Assembly: GCA_964016885.1 (NCBI GenBank)
Contig: OZ024743.1
Location: forward strand, 337,528,001 to 337,592,000
DNA length: 64,000 nt
From: Eledone cirrhosa
Taxonomy: Eukaryota
Direction: 5' to 3'
Of this stretch, positions 1 to 11,279 are shown piece by piece; the first letter of the stretch is position 1; every line of letters begins with the position of its first letter. A model generated the notes under the pieces. It worked only from the letters and a program-made list of their open reading frames with translations, had not been told where the DNA came from and searched no databases. The position numbers were made by a program, and so were the translations under genes.

Positions 1-83
1 ATATATATATATATATATATGTCCCAAGCCTCTGATACCATCAACACTATACACACTAAGCTGGCATATCTAAGAACTGACTA

Positions 84-139
84 ACTGCCTGATGAGGTCA
101 TAGCCATTCAATGGCTATCATCGAAATATATATAGCAGT
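84..139 (+). ncRNA. Type I hammerhead ribozyme (minimal, PLE-type)
   Basis: ACTGC-CTGATGA-[GGTC ATAGCCATT C AATGGCTAT CATC]-GAAA-TATATA-TA-GCAGT: 5-bp helix I, long helix II, palindromic helix III. Confidence 0.88.
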
Positions 140-177
140 AAAGGATTATGTTTCGTCACTATATATATATATATATG

Positions 178-1020
178 AAAGACGTAAAATAAGAACATTT
201 TAAAAATTAAAAATTAACTTACTTACTAAAATTTTCACTCCAACTAATTAGTTTCTGTAATGGGATAAAGATAGTTACGCAATGTAACCATCGAGAATTC
301 ATTACGTCATCAGGGAGTCTATTCTCAGCTAAGTCTCCAGGCAATGCGCGGACACTAGGGACTCATATAAAAATAATAATTCGGTGGATGGATCAGCTAG
401 CGGGGACTAAATTCCATAGCACTGAAAAAGTTCACTGTCTCTGGTCAAGTGGCAGATTCTAAAGAATCAATCACGTGACACTGAGGCTAGTCAGTAGGAG
501 TGGGATGGTATTATGACAAGAGCCTACTACCACTACTATGAGTTAGCAGTGGATTTGGCAAGTTTGCTCAACAGATAAATAATTTGGAGATAAATATAGA
601 GAATTAGTATATTTACCAACATATGCGTACAGATGTACACTAATGTTAGCAAATACATAAGTTATGTCATAGTACCTAGGTGGTTCAATGCAGGGGGATG
701 CAGAACAATTATATGACAGACGTAAAATAAGAAAATTTTAAAAATTAAAAATTAACTTACTTACTAAAATTTTCACTCCAACTAATTAGTTTCTGTAATG
801 GGATAAAGATAGTTACGCAATGTAACCATCGAAACTAATTAGTTGGAGTGAAAATTTTAGTACGTAAGTTAATTTTTAATTTTTATAATTTTCTTATTTT
901 ACGTCTTTCATATAATTGTTCTGCATCCCCCTGCATTGAACCACCTAGGTACTATGACATAACTTATGTATTTGCTAGCATTAGTGTACATCTGTACGCA
1001 TATGTTGGTAAATATACTAA

Positions 1021-1024
<4 letters not shown>
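178..1024 (-). mobile_element. Non-coding PLE-like/retrozyme unit: ~539-bp unit plus partial repeat plus inverted segment
   Basis: 181-290 is repeated at 720-830; 831-1024 is the reverse complement of ~599-793; microsatellite flanks; contains an HHR. Confidence 0.75.
237..318 (-). ncRNA. Type I hammerhead ribozyme
   Basis: Minus strand ACTCC-CTGATGA-[cGTAATG..GATGGTTAC attgc GTAACTATC..CATTACa]-GAAA-CTAATTAG-TT-GGAGT. Confidence 0.85.
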
Positions 1025-1097
<73 letters not shown>

Positions 1098-1135
1098 ATA
1101 TATAAGATCAAAAGATAGTTAAAAGAGTTCCATGT

Positions 1136-1205
1136 ATTTTATTATGCGCATTTCAGAAAACAAATATCATCATGCGATGACATTTGCGTTTTCGTCAGAT
1201 AAAAT
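1136..1205 (-). ncRNA. Type I hammerhead ribozyme in PLE 3' pLTR
   Basis: ATTTTAT-CTGACGA-[..GCAAATGTCATC gcat GATGATATTTGT..]-GAAA-TGCGCA-TA-ATAAAAT: 7-bp helix I, 12-bp helix II. Confidence 0.9.
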
Positions 1206-1773
1206 AGGGAGACATGATATGAAGGTTAAAAAACACTTGTGAATAGTGCAGTTTTAAATCAACATATGAAAAGTAGTTTTAGATTGATGTGTGATATTGA
1301 GAAAAAAAATTTTGAGGGGGGGGGGGGTGATGAAAAAGAGGAGGAGATGAGAGTAAAGAATGGAGGGGGAGGAGTATAATAAGAAGGATGAGATAGGCGG
1401 AGAGATAGGTGATAGAGAGAGAGAGATAGCTTTTATAACTGAGAAAAATATATTGTTTTACATAGAGAGGTTAAAAAAACGTTGGAAGATAATATATAAA
1501 TTAAAAGAATTTGAAAATTAACGAAGAGAAAAATTTTAGAATAATGTTAAATTAAGGTTTGTATATTGAAGGGTTTAATAATATGTGCGATGAAAAGAAA
1601 TTGTTAATATGTATTAAGAATAATATTTAAGGGTTTAATAATATGTGCGATGGAAAGAAATTGGTGATATGTATTATTAAGATAAAAAAAAAAAATATAA
1701 CAATAGTAATGTAATTAAGGATATATTGTGAAAAGAAGTAGAAGAGTGGATGAATAAGTGTAATATGTATAAG

Positions 1774-4188
1774 TTAGATGAGCATGAAAGGGAGAAAAAA
1801 ATAATGAATTGAGGATGAATAATCTAACGTCAAAAAAATGTTTATGTTTACGAAGGATTTTTCAAGGTGATATAAAGTATTTAAAAGGGTAATCTTCCTC
1901 CAAGAGATGTTATAGTTAATATTTTTGTCTTTCAAGGACCATATGAGTTCTGAGAGTGCCGTGTTGGTTCTTTTAAGTTGGTATTTAAAAGACGAATGAT
2001 GATTATAAAGACGAGCTTTAAAGGAGGTGGAAGTGGAGCCAAAATAGGTAAAGGAATTGGTGTCAGTTATAACTTTACATTCGTAGATTAAGTTTTTTTC
2101 AAGACAATGGTTGTTGAGAGGACATTTGTTTTTAACAGGGAAATTACAATTGCGATTAGAGAAATTAACAGAGTTATTAACAAGTGACCTAGTGTTATCT
2201 ATAGAAGGAATTGGATTGGAGAAGTTATTTACGATAGGAATAATAGTTTCTTGATTTAGAATGGGATTAAGAACATTTAACGAAGTTGCGTTTGACGTTG
2301 TATTTGGGTTTGCAGAAATTAGCCTAGAGTTTACAATGACGTCAGGAGTACTATTACTATTATTATGATATTCAGTGTTTGAAGGAAGAGATTTAGTATT
2401 TAGTATTTTATTGTTGTGTTTAGAGATAATGTTGGAGATGTTGGAGGAGGTCGAATAGGAATATTTTATAGTGTGTTTGTTAAATATTTTACTATAGATA
2501 TGTGAGAGAGGGAAGCATTTATTTAAGGCACTAAAGAATAATTTAGGAATATTATTATTAATAGAGATGGAGAAAGGAGCATTATACCAGATTATGTTTT
2601 TGTATCTAGGTCTTTTATTAAAGTTATTGGAATGATCATGATTAATTATTCTACTGTAAGATCTTCTAGAATTTGTTTCTTTACTATATTTGATTTTATC
2701 AGGATAACCGGCTTTAGGAAGCGCGTTATTATAGTAATTGGCGTTAGCATCAAAGATGTTTTTATTAGATGATAGGTTGGATATTCTTTTTCCAATATTA
2801 CTAACTATAGCATTCTTAATATTAGTGGGGTGGTTAGATTTAAAATTAACATAATTTAGGTTCTCATTGTTTTTATGGTAAGGGTAATATAGGCCAGTGT
2901 CAAGATTAAGAGATACATCCAAGAAATTAACTAGTTTGATGCTGTTATCAAATTCAATTTTTAAGTTATGTTGGTTAAAGAGATTACGTATATTGTTCTT
3001 AATAGTATTAAGGTTAACTATGTTGCAATTTAAGATAGTAAAGAGTCCATCGTCACGATAAATTCCACCGCGAAGTTGAGGAATTTTCCGATTCAAAGAG
3101 TTCAAAATAAAGATACCAATTAAATCTGTCAATTGGGATGAATCGGATGCTCCCATTGTGATGTCAAAGTTGTTAGAGGTATCAGCTCTGGTCCAATATT
3201 CATTGTTGAACTCTAGGATGGTTTTACGTGCGGTGAGAATGATGTGAAGTTCATCTGTGGTGATGTCTGAATATTTGTAAGCGAAATATAGAGCATTGTT
3301 GAGAAGTGAGGGCGAAACAGAAGAATAGTAGCTGGCAATATCAAATTGAATACATTTTTGTTTGTTTTTCTTATTCAATTTGTTGAACCAGCCAATCACT
3401 TCAGAAGTACCAAACCATAAATTTAAGTTCAAAGAAGAGCAATTAGAACGAACCTGTGGGATAATTCTATCCAAGATGGCTTTGCTAACAACCCCCAGAT
3501 CTGATTTAGAGGGGGCGATTAGTCTAACAGGTAGTTCAGTACGAAAGTTGTTTTTGTGATCCTTGAGATTTATCCTCGGAGTTCTTGGGAGGAATGGTTC
3601 GGTCTTTTTTCCGATGCCAAGTTTTGACATAATCTCAGAAGCTTCAAAGTTTATGGATTCTAAATTATCATGGTTGGTTTTGCGATATTTTTTCCTAAGT
3701 TCCTTTAGGATAAGGTTGTTATAGTTATCCTTAGAAATACCATATAAATTATTTGTTTTGTCAGAGTGGACTAAAACATTTTTTGAGGAATTTACGTTTG
3801 AAATCGTGTTCTTGAGATTTACAAGGTGGTCTTGTCCTCTGTAAGGGTTTCTCTTGAATTTAAGATTTTTTATAATGTTAGTTAACTCCTCCTCGAATTG
3901 CACTAGATTTTTGTTGGAAGGAGGATTTCTTCTAGAATTAAATAAATGATCGAGAAAGTTATGTTCCTTGGTATAGAAGTTCCCTTTTAGGCGCTGGTCA
4001 TAGAAATAAGCTATCCATCTAAGCCTTCTTATAAAGGAGTCAGTTTTTTCAATTAGAAGTTTGGTGAATTCAGATTTACCAGGTATAGGAATGTCTTTAG
4101 TTGAAGTGGTTATGTTGTAATAATCCATGTTGTAGAAGAAAAAGTAAAGGACTATCAAAAGGTATCCAATATGAGAGTTAGCGCTCAA
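1774..4188 (-). CDS. PLE reverse transcriptase / GIY-YIG endonuclease (likely start Met at 4128; endonuclease C-terminus appears lost)
   Basis: Motifs SDKT, KDHK..PVRLI, FDIASYY, MG..DS, YRDDG, FLDV, SNHP; Cys linker CNFxxxxxCPLxxxC; LIY..YFG..R..H; terminal CxxC/CxH seen in the 46.9-kb copy is absent. Confidence 0.9.
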   Translation of the reverse strand: MSANSHIGYLLIVLYFFFYNMDYYNITTSTKDIPIPGKSEFTKLLIEKTDSFIRRLRWIAYFYDQRLKGNFYTKEHNFLDHLFNSRRNPPSNKNLVQFEEELTNIIKNLKFKRNPYRGQDHLVNLKNTISNVNSSKNVLVHSDKTNNLYGISKDNYNNLILKELRKKYRKTNHDNLESINFEASEIMSKLGIGKKTEPFLPRTPRINLKDHKNNFRTELPVRLIAPSKSDLGVVSKAILDRIIPQVRSNCSSLNLNLWFGTSEVIGWFNKLNKKNKQKCIQFDIASYYSSVSPSLLNNALYFAYKYSDITTDELHIILTARKTILEFNNEYWTRADTSNNFDITMGASDSSQLTDLIGIFILNSLNRKIPQLRGGIYRDDGLFTILNCNIVNLNTIKNNIRNLFNQHNLKIEFDNSIKLVNFLDVSLNLDTGLYYPYHKNNENLNYVNFKSNHPTNIKNAIVSNIGKRISNLSSNKNIFDANANYYNNALPKAGYPDKIKYSKETNSRRSYSRIINHDHSNNFNKRPRYKNIIWYNAPFSISINNNIPKLFFSALNKCFPLSHIYSKIFNKHTIKYSYSTSSNISNIISKHNNKILNTKSLPSNTEYHNNSNSTPDVIVNSRLISANPNTTSNATSLNVLNPILNQETIIPIVNNFSNPIPSIDNTRSLVNNSVNFSNRNCNFPVKNKCPLNNHCLEKNLIYECKVITDTNSFTYFGSTSTSFKARLYNHHSSFKYQLKRTNTALSELIWSLKDKNINYNISWRKITLLNTLYHLEKSFVNINIFLTLDYSSSIHYFFLPFMLI

Positions 4189-4346
4189 CCGTTAAGGAGC
4201 AAGTTAATGTAGGAGGTGAGTTTTATTGTAGTACAATAAAGCAATGCAGATATCGGATAAGTTAGAACTCTACAGTTTGTAGGACTGGAGTATAAATAAT
4301 ATATAAGATCAAAAGATGGTTAAAAGAGTTCCATGTATTTTATTAT

Positions 4347-4391
<45 letters not shown>

Positions 4392-4500
4392 AGGAAAAAT
4401 GAAATCGAAAAATGAAATCGAAAAATGAAATCGAAAATGCAACTGGAGTCTTTTTAAAAAAAACCCTCACTTTCTAATAATATATATATATGTATATATA

Positions 4501-4681
4501 CAAGGAAAAAGTATGACCCCCGACGGCAGAGCTATTCTTGGTTCAGAAATAGCCGTCGAAACGGCTTGAGCTCTGCCGTCGAGGTCATACTTTCTTCCTT
4601 TTTCCCACTCTACTACCCTAAGTATTGAGTACTCTCGTGCTCTATGGTCGTTCTGGTTCCTTACCTCAATTCCTTTGTTAC
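4501..4681 (+). mobile_element. PLE pLTR-like short repeat family with 5' fold-back; other copies ~20251-20443, 58175-58318, 62929-63066 and starting at 63988
   Basis: Shared CCCTAAGTATTGAGTACT..GGTTCCTTACC; retains only the 3' half of an HHR (helix II-GAAA-CGGCyy); TA flanks. Confidence 0.6.
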
Positions 4682-5099
4682 ATATATATATATATGTAAT
4701 GTATGTATATATATGTAAGTATATGTATGTATGTATGTATGTATGCATGTAAATATGCATGTATGTAAATATGTATGTATGTATGAACGTACGTACGCAT
4801 GTATGTATGTATGTATGTATGTATGTATGTATGTATGTATGTATGTATGTATGTATGTATGTATGTATGTATGTATGCTTCAGAATGAATTGAAATGAAC
4901 ATTTACAACAACAACAGCGGCATCAAAAGATAAAAAAAAACCCCACAAACAAACAAAAAAACTCAAAATAACAAAACACACACACACACGCACACAACGC
5001 AACAACAACATCAACTACCACCACCACCACCACCACCGCCGCCGCCATCACCATCTCCAGCGACCGGGCCTTAAGCAAACAACTTTAATAATAATTTTT

Positions 5100-5250
5100 C
5101 TGCTTTTGGCACGGATCCAGGGACTGGCCCAGCGCATCACTGGTACTCTCTTTTGTTGACTCCGTGGGGATGAAAGGCAAGGTTGACCTCGGCGGGATTT
5201 AAGCTCAGAGCGTGGAGAGCCATAACTCTATGCTGTAAAGCAATTATAAT
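5100..5250 (-). mobile_element. SINE fragment with Meta/Sauria-like central domain
   Basis: Reverse complement CCGCCGAGGTCAACCTTGCCTTTCATCC..GTACCAGT; related copies ~19380-19470 (+) and 26400-26503 (-). Confidence 0.65.
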
Positions 5251-5345
5251 AATACTGGACTGTAATATGAACGGCTTCAACTATACAAACTCTTGAAAGT
5301 CAACAGTTGAAATAATCTTGTAATCTTGTAACAGTAATGGCGGTA

Positions 5346-5381
<36 letters not shown>

Positions 5382-5531
5382 AAGTGAGTAGCGTGTGTGT
5401 GTTTGTTTGTATGTGTGAGTGTTGCTGTGTGCGCGCGTATGTATGCGTGTGTGTGCGTGCATATGTATGCGCGTGTGTGTATGTCGTACGTATAAGTGTC
5501 AATAAGTGAGTTTTTTTTTTTGCGCGGGGAC

Positions 5532-5801
5532 ACAGAAATAATCGGGCTGGATGCCCGATCGCGCAGTTAAACCACTGGGAGTGAAGAACCCCTAGCCCTT
5601 GTCAGGGCATTCTTCTAGGAGAAGGCATCTCAGGAAACTGGGTTAACTCCGACATAAAACCTGCGGCTCAGTAGTTACCGATGATGTTGATCTTTTCTTC
5701 TTTTCGGGTTATAGCTACTGTCGCTCAGAGAGTGGGATTGGCTCAGTGCACAGTCTTTCCTCACTTTAAAAATATTCGTCACGCACAGGCATTGCACGAG
5801 T
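5532..5801 (+). mobile_element. RTE-type 5' UTR fragment
   Basis: CTAGCCCTTGTCAGGGCA..CTAGGAGAAGG..GATGTTGA..GAGAGTGGGA..GCACAGGCATTGC is homologous to the 15913-16518 element. Confidence 0.55.
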
Positions 5802-5820
5802 ACATTAATAATTATTAATA

Positions 5821-7389
5821 GTGTACTATTATTATTATTATAGCAAGAATGACAACAACAACAATAAGAGAATCAGAAACACCACATTTGCTGCAGCAGC
5901 AGAAAAAACAAAGCGCTTATTGAATATTGATATTTATATTAGCGATAAAGACGAACAGTTGGCCAAAGCATGGAGGCTAATTAAACGGGAGAAGTCCTGG
6001 GAAAACCTAACCATCCCGGACGAGGCATTAGCGGCCATGCAAAGGAGGACGGTGCTCTTTCGATGTATTTCGGTGCAGACACGAAAAGTGGAACTTGCGA
6101 GCCAAGCAGATGTAGAGGCTGCTTTGGAGTACATCGGAAGTAACATAGAGTACAAAGCAAGAGGCAAACAGTTCGGTATCATCTCGGTACTGTTCAAAAC
6201 CGAGGCCCTCGCTATTAAGCACTCGGTGACCTCCTGCAGAACGGAACGCATTATCATGCATCCGTCCTATATGGGTAAACGGACAGTGAAGATACGCATT
6301 CACAGCATCCCACCAGGAATGAACATATGGTGGCTGCTGGGATGCGTGATCGAGAAGGGGACAGACACTACCCTCCTGGACATCAAAAGGACAGAGAGAG
6401 AGGACTGGTCCGGAATGGATTTGGAGATTCTTCTCCAAATGAAACCGGAGGATATGAATAACATCCCGGATTTTGCCCGCCTGCAGGACGGAACAACAAT
6501 CCAACTAATGATTGACGGGAGAAGGCCACGCTGCTTCGTTTGCGGGGAAGCAACGCATCTTCAAGCCTTCTGCCCTCAGCGCAAAAATGCAGGGGGTCGC
6601 AAACCTCCTTTGTTGCCAACGCCAGTGTCAGCACGGAAAGCTGCACCACCACCACCACCAAAAACAACATCAACAAAAACACGGACACCAACATCAAAAG
6701 CAGCCGGATCACCACCAACACCAAAACCAATCCAAGGAGAAAACGAGGAAAGCTCTCCCACTCCCCCTACCCCCCCCCCAATTATACACATAGACAGAAA
6801 AATAAACGCACACACAGACACAGAGACACTCACAGACACAGCCCCTTTGTCTTCCAGCAGCGAAGATGAAGGAAAACCCCAAGGTGCAAAAAAACAGAGA
6901 AAACTCACAAAAAAAGCCCCAACAAAACACAAAAACACCACTAATGCAAACACTTCCCCAATAACATCAGCACCAACAGCAACATCGACACCACCTCCAC
7001 AATCCCCGAAACGCAAACAACCTAAACAAACACAAGTACAAATAAACACACAAATACCTGAAATTGCAGACACCACACCTACAACAAACATAGACATACC
7101 CGAAACAACACCACCAAAACCATCGCCACCACCTTCACCAAAACGAAAACAAATAAAACCACACCAACAAAATGTTAAAAACTTCGTGCTTGTCAGAAGG
7201 GCCAACGATAAATTGATGGCCCTCTTAGCGCGAAGCGAGGACATTCAAATAGAGGGGGAGATTTTTGAAATGAGCACATTTTGCGTGCCAGAAGATTTGC
7301 TTCTGGTCCGAATGTCACTCAATTCCTTCAAAGAAATTCGAGAGAGCTTTCCTCAAGACGTGGGAACCCCGAATGTGAAACCCACATAA
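5821..7389 (+). CDS. LINE ORF1 (gag-like zinc knuckle, Pro/Thr-rich)
   Basis: CFVCGEATHLQAFC; TFAAAA motif; homologous to copy B ORF1. N-terminus is microsatellite-derived, and the stop at 7387 is premature relative to copy B. Confidence 0.75.
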   Translation: MYYYYYYSKNDNNNNKRIRNTTFAAAAEKTKRLLNIDIYISDKDEQLAKAWRLIKREKSWENLTIPDEALAAMQRRTVLFRCISVQTRKVELASQADVEAALEYIGSNIEYKARGKQFGIISVLFKTEALAIKHSVTSCRTERIIMHPSYMGKRTVKIRIHSIPPGMNIWWLLGCVIEKGTDTTLLDIKRTEREDWSGMDLEILLQMKPEDMNNIPDFARLQDGTTIQLMIDGRRPRCFVCGEATHLQAFCPQRKNAGGRKPPLLPTPVSARKAAPPPPPKTTSTKTRTPTSKAAGSPPTPKPIQGENEESSPTPPTPPPIIHIDRKINAHTDTETLTDTAPLSSSSEDEGKPQGAKKQRKLTKKAPTKHKNTTNANTSPITSAPTATSTPPPQSPKRKQPKQTQVQINTQIPEIADTTPTTNIDIPETTPPKPSPPPSPKRKQIKPHQQNVKNFVLVRRANDKLMALLARSEDIQIEGEIFEMSTFCVPEDLLLVRMSLNSFKEIRESFPQDVGTPNVKPT

Positions 7390-10300
7390 AGACTTTTAAA
7401 GGGGTTCTCAAAAGAAAAACACGGACACCAACAAAAACACGGACACCAACATCAAAAGCAGCCGGATCACCACCAACACCAAAACCAATCCAAGGAGAAA
7501 ACGAGGAAAGCTCTCCCACTCCCCCTACCCCCCCCCCAACCATGGAGGTCGAACCACCCGACCTTCACAAGACCCGGGAGGTAAGTAAACCTTCCCTCTC
7601 TCTCTCTCTTAGCTTACCAATATGGCCATATTAAGAGTAGGAAGTTTAAATGTTCGCGGCCTGGGGTCACCCTGGAAGCAGGGTCGCTGCTCAACGACCT
7701 CCGGTCGCTGGAAATGGATGTGATTGACGTAAGCGAGACCAGAATTTCCGACACGCGCGCACTAGCCCCCATTTTCGACGACTATCAGATCTTCGCATCT
7801 GTTAGCAGGCCGGGAATGGGGGGGGGGGGCAGTGCTGTTTAGGAAAGGACTGGATCTCGAGGTAAGGTCGATCTTCCGGGACCCGGACAGGAAGTTGGTG
7901 GTCTTGGATGTGAGCAGTAGCGAAGGTGGTGCCTTTAGATTGCTGGCCGTCTACGCCCCTACAGGGGCCGGACGACCTGACTTCTTTAGGCGCCTGGAGA
8001 CCTTTCTGGTTACGTCTCGCCCTTTACTGTTAGCGGGGGACTGGAATGGCATTTTAGCCTCAATCACCTACTCCGCCAGTTCCAACTGTCTGACAGGTAT
8101 CGACTAGATTTCCCCAATGTGCCAGTATGGACATGGACCAACCGAATGGGGTCATCTAGATCGTATATAGACAGGATCTTCATTAGGAAAATAGATAGAA
8201 ATAGATGGAATGTCCACTTTTTAAAACGATCGCCTATTCAAATCACAAATTTGTGATCTGTACGGTCGACCTAAATAAAACGCGTAGGTTAGGACCGGGT
8301 TAATGGAAGCTGAACATGTCATTTCCGGCACGTAAGGCTTACAGGGAAACGAGTCAACAATTTAGTTAAGCAAAAGTTGACAGGGGGGATCATCAACAAC
8401 AGATGGTGGGGGGCTCTCAAAAGAGAGATTAGAGTAACTTCGATAGAGTTCAGCAAAGAACTAGCGTTAGAGAAAAATAGAAAGGAGGGGGAGCTGGTAG
8501 ATAAGTTAGACGAGGCTATTTATAGTGGCATCGCAACTGACGTGCTAGCGGCGAGAATGTCATTAGCCCATTTCTTCAAGGCCAAACACGAAGGTTGCAT
8601 TGTCAGAGCTAAGGCGCGTGCGCTGAGAAACGAGGGAACTAAAGCTGTTCGATGGGCCCGCGTGGCGGAGGCGCAACGTGGTAATAAAACCACAATTCGG
8701 TCTTTGGCGGACCGAGACGGACACGAGATAAGCGATTCCAAGCGGATGTGTGAGGCCTTTCGCCAGCACTTTGCTCGGTTGTTCAGGGAGAGTGGCGAGT
8801 CAGAGAGAGTAGCGGATTTCAGTCCCTACCTTGACGGCTTGCCGCGCATCTCGACGGTCGACGCTGAGCGCTGCGAAAGGCCGATTACTTCAGCCGAAAT
8901 TCAGGACGCCCTTGTCGGCTGTATGAGGCGTAAATATGCCAGACTTGTTCTCCGAACTCCTCGAAGCACTCTACTGCAACTGGCAGCAGAATGGGAGTAT
9001 TCCCAGTTCTGTGAGCAGGGGAGTGGTGACGCTGATAAGGAAAGACGAGAACAAGAGGGATACATTAGACAACTTCAGGCCCATAACTCTGCTCAACATA
9101 GAGTTTAAGATTTTGGCCAAGGTGTTAGCAAAGAGATTGGCGCTTGTCGTCGAGGATTTGGTTGGGGAGGCGCAAACTTGCGCAATCCCAGCCAGGTCCA
9201 TACACGACAATCTCCACCTCATGCGATTCATCATAGAGAGGGTAGGGTGTCAGCCTGGCTTCGGTGGGGCACTGATCAATTTAGATCAATCGAAAGCATT
9301 CGATAGGGTCGACCATCGGTATCTGGAGTTTGTCCTCAAAGCAGCTGGCTTCGGCCCTGTCTTTAGAAGCTGGATCGTTGCAATGCACAGCGGCACACGC
9401 TCGGTGGTCAAGGTTAATGACCACCTCTCGGAACCATTTCGGCTCTCCCGATTGGTCCGTCAAGGGTGCCCTCTCTCTTCCCTTCTGTACGTATTAACTC
9501 TCGAGCCTTTACTGCGGAAGCTGGAGCTGTTGCAGGGCATCCCGCTCGAACCGGGACGTGGAAAGGCGGTGTCGGCTTATGCGGACGACATCACCGTGAT
9601 GGTGTCGAACACCTCAGAAATCGAGGTGGTCGGCACCTTATTGAAGGAATATGAAAGGTTGACAGGAGCCAAACTTAACCCGGAAAAGTCGGTGGGCTTG
9701 CAGCTCGGAACCTGGAGAGGCAAGCCCATGCCGTCCAACAGCGTCGTGGGGCGCTGGACGGACGGACGGTAAAGTTGCTTAGGTTTGGTTCGGACCAGAC
9801 CTCCAGGTGGAAAAGAATTGGGACGAGGTAACGAGCAGAGTAGCCAGTCTCACCCAAAAATGGGCTGGGAGGAAGCTATCACTGAAAGGTCGCGCGGAGG
9901 TGGCGAATGCGTACATTGCGTCCGTCATCTACTACCGCCTAACCGTCGTGCCTTGCCCCCGTCCGCGCCTCGTCAAGTTGGAACGGCTCCTCTTCAAATT
10001 CTTGTGGAGGGGAGAAGTTCTGTAGGTGAGGCGGTCCATCTGCTGCCAGCACCCTCTACGTGGAGGGCTGGGCATGCCGTGGCTAATGATGCGCAGACAT
10101 GCGTTGAGGCTGCGACATCTCCAGATATTCTGCCTCAATGGTGAACAGGTGTGGTCGCCGCAGCTCATTTCTTTGACTGAGCTGCAATCCTGGGTCAAGA
10201 AGAGACCGAGATTGGGTGACTGGCACCTGGAATGTTGCCAGGCACTCACTGCCCTCTACCAAGCGGGCAATGCGATCAGTGGAACTTCCACTCTCGAGTT

Positions 10301-11200
10301 CTATAGAGGATTAGTGGTGGGCAAGTGCGATGACGTACTCGGAGAAGCTTTGGGCCTCGACGAAGTCGAACTGACCAGTCTGTACCGGAGGACTTTTGAG
10401 CCGGGGACGATGGACAATTTCCAGAAATCCCTCGCTTGGCAGTGCTACCGGGGGGCACTGCCGGTTCGGGATAAACTCTACAGGCACGGAAGTGCTGTCA
10501 GACGGACCTGCCCAAGATGCGCACAGAACGACGAAACCGTTCTGCACACACTTGTCCAATGTCCGTGCATTACTGACTTGTCGAGTTATGTCGAACAGCT
10601 ACTGTCGCGTGTGGAACGAATCCGGCTATCGGCCGAGTCCATAGTGAAGATCGAGCCGCCACCTTCCTTAGGTCAGGAAGAGCAGGAAATTTTCCTCTGT
10701 CTGGTGGCAGTTGCGAAAGAGATTATATGGTGGACCAGGTTGAAAGGACTAAAGACAGACACTTTTCTCTTCGGTCAATCCCTCATCAACTTCTTCAAGT
10801 TTCACCTGGAAAGGAAGGTGAGGGTGGAGAGAGAAGTGGTGCCCCCCAGTACATTTGCTAAAAGGTGGGTGAATGTGGCGAGAATGGCTCGTGTGAATGG
10901 GCCTACTCTGACCATGCGCCTATAGGCTGGCTAACTTGAGGAGAGGAGTGCTCTCCTGGGTGCCCTAGAAGCGCAGGTTGGTTCAGGATTGGTGGGGTAC
11001 CTGAAGCACCCCAGGGTCGTCCACCCCTATCGGGGAATTTATTTTGTTATATTTATGCATAGTTTATTTTATATTTTTATATTTTCATTGTTAAATTAGT
11101 CTTGCCATTGTGCACTTTTACTCGACCTTATTGTAAACCCCCACTGTCCTTGTCTTTGTATTGTCCCCTACATATCGGCGCTTGTGGCTAATAAATGAAA

Positions 11201-11238
<38 letters not shown>

Positions 11239-11253
11239 GTTAATATTATTATT
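5841..11253 (+). mobile_element. Tx1/L1-clade non-LTR retrotransposon, copy A (degenerate)
   Basis: ORF1 with CCHC knuckle; fragmented APE-RT-Zn ORF2; AATAAA then (ATT)n tail; (TAT)n at the 5' junction. Confidence 0.88.
7622..10925 (+). pseudogene. LINE ORF2 APE endonuclease-RT, frameshifted
   Basis: SLNVRG, VYAP, AGDWN, FRPITLLN, DQSKAFDRV, QGCPLS, YADD, CPRC..H..C spread across several frames. Confidence 0.9.
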
Positions 11254-11279
11254 ACTTTTTTTTTTTTTTTTTTTTTTTC

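Larger units (their letters stand above)
1095..4352 (-). mobile_element. Penelope-like element, near full length (probably Hydra clade)
   Basis: Single RT+GIY-YIG ORF; 57-bp terminal direct repeat 1095-1151 / 4296-4352 (pseudo-LTR); HHR in 3' UTR; inserted in (TA)n. Confidence 0.9.

Noticed and set aside
21-30. GTCCCAAGCC, resembling the twister ribozyme L4 loop
   Set aside because: No flanking P4/P2/P1 elements; it directly abuts (TA)n.
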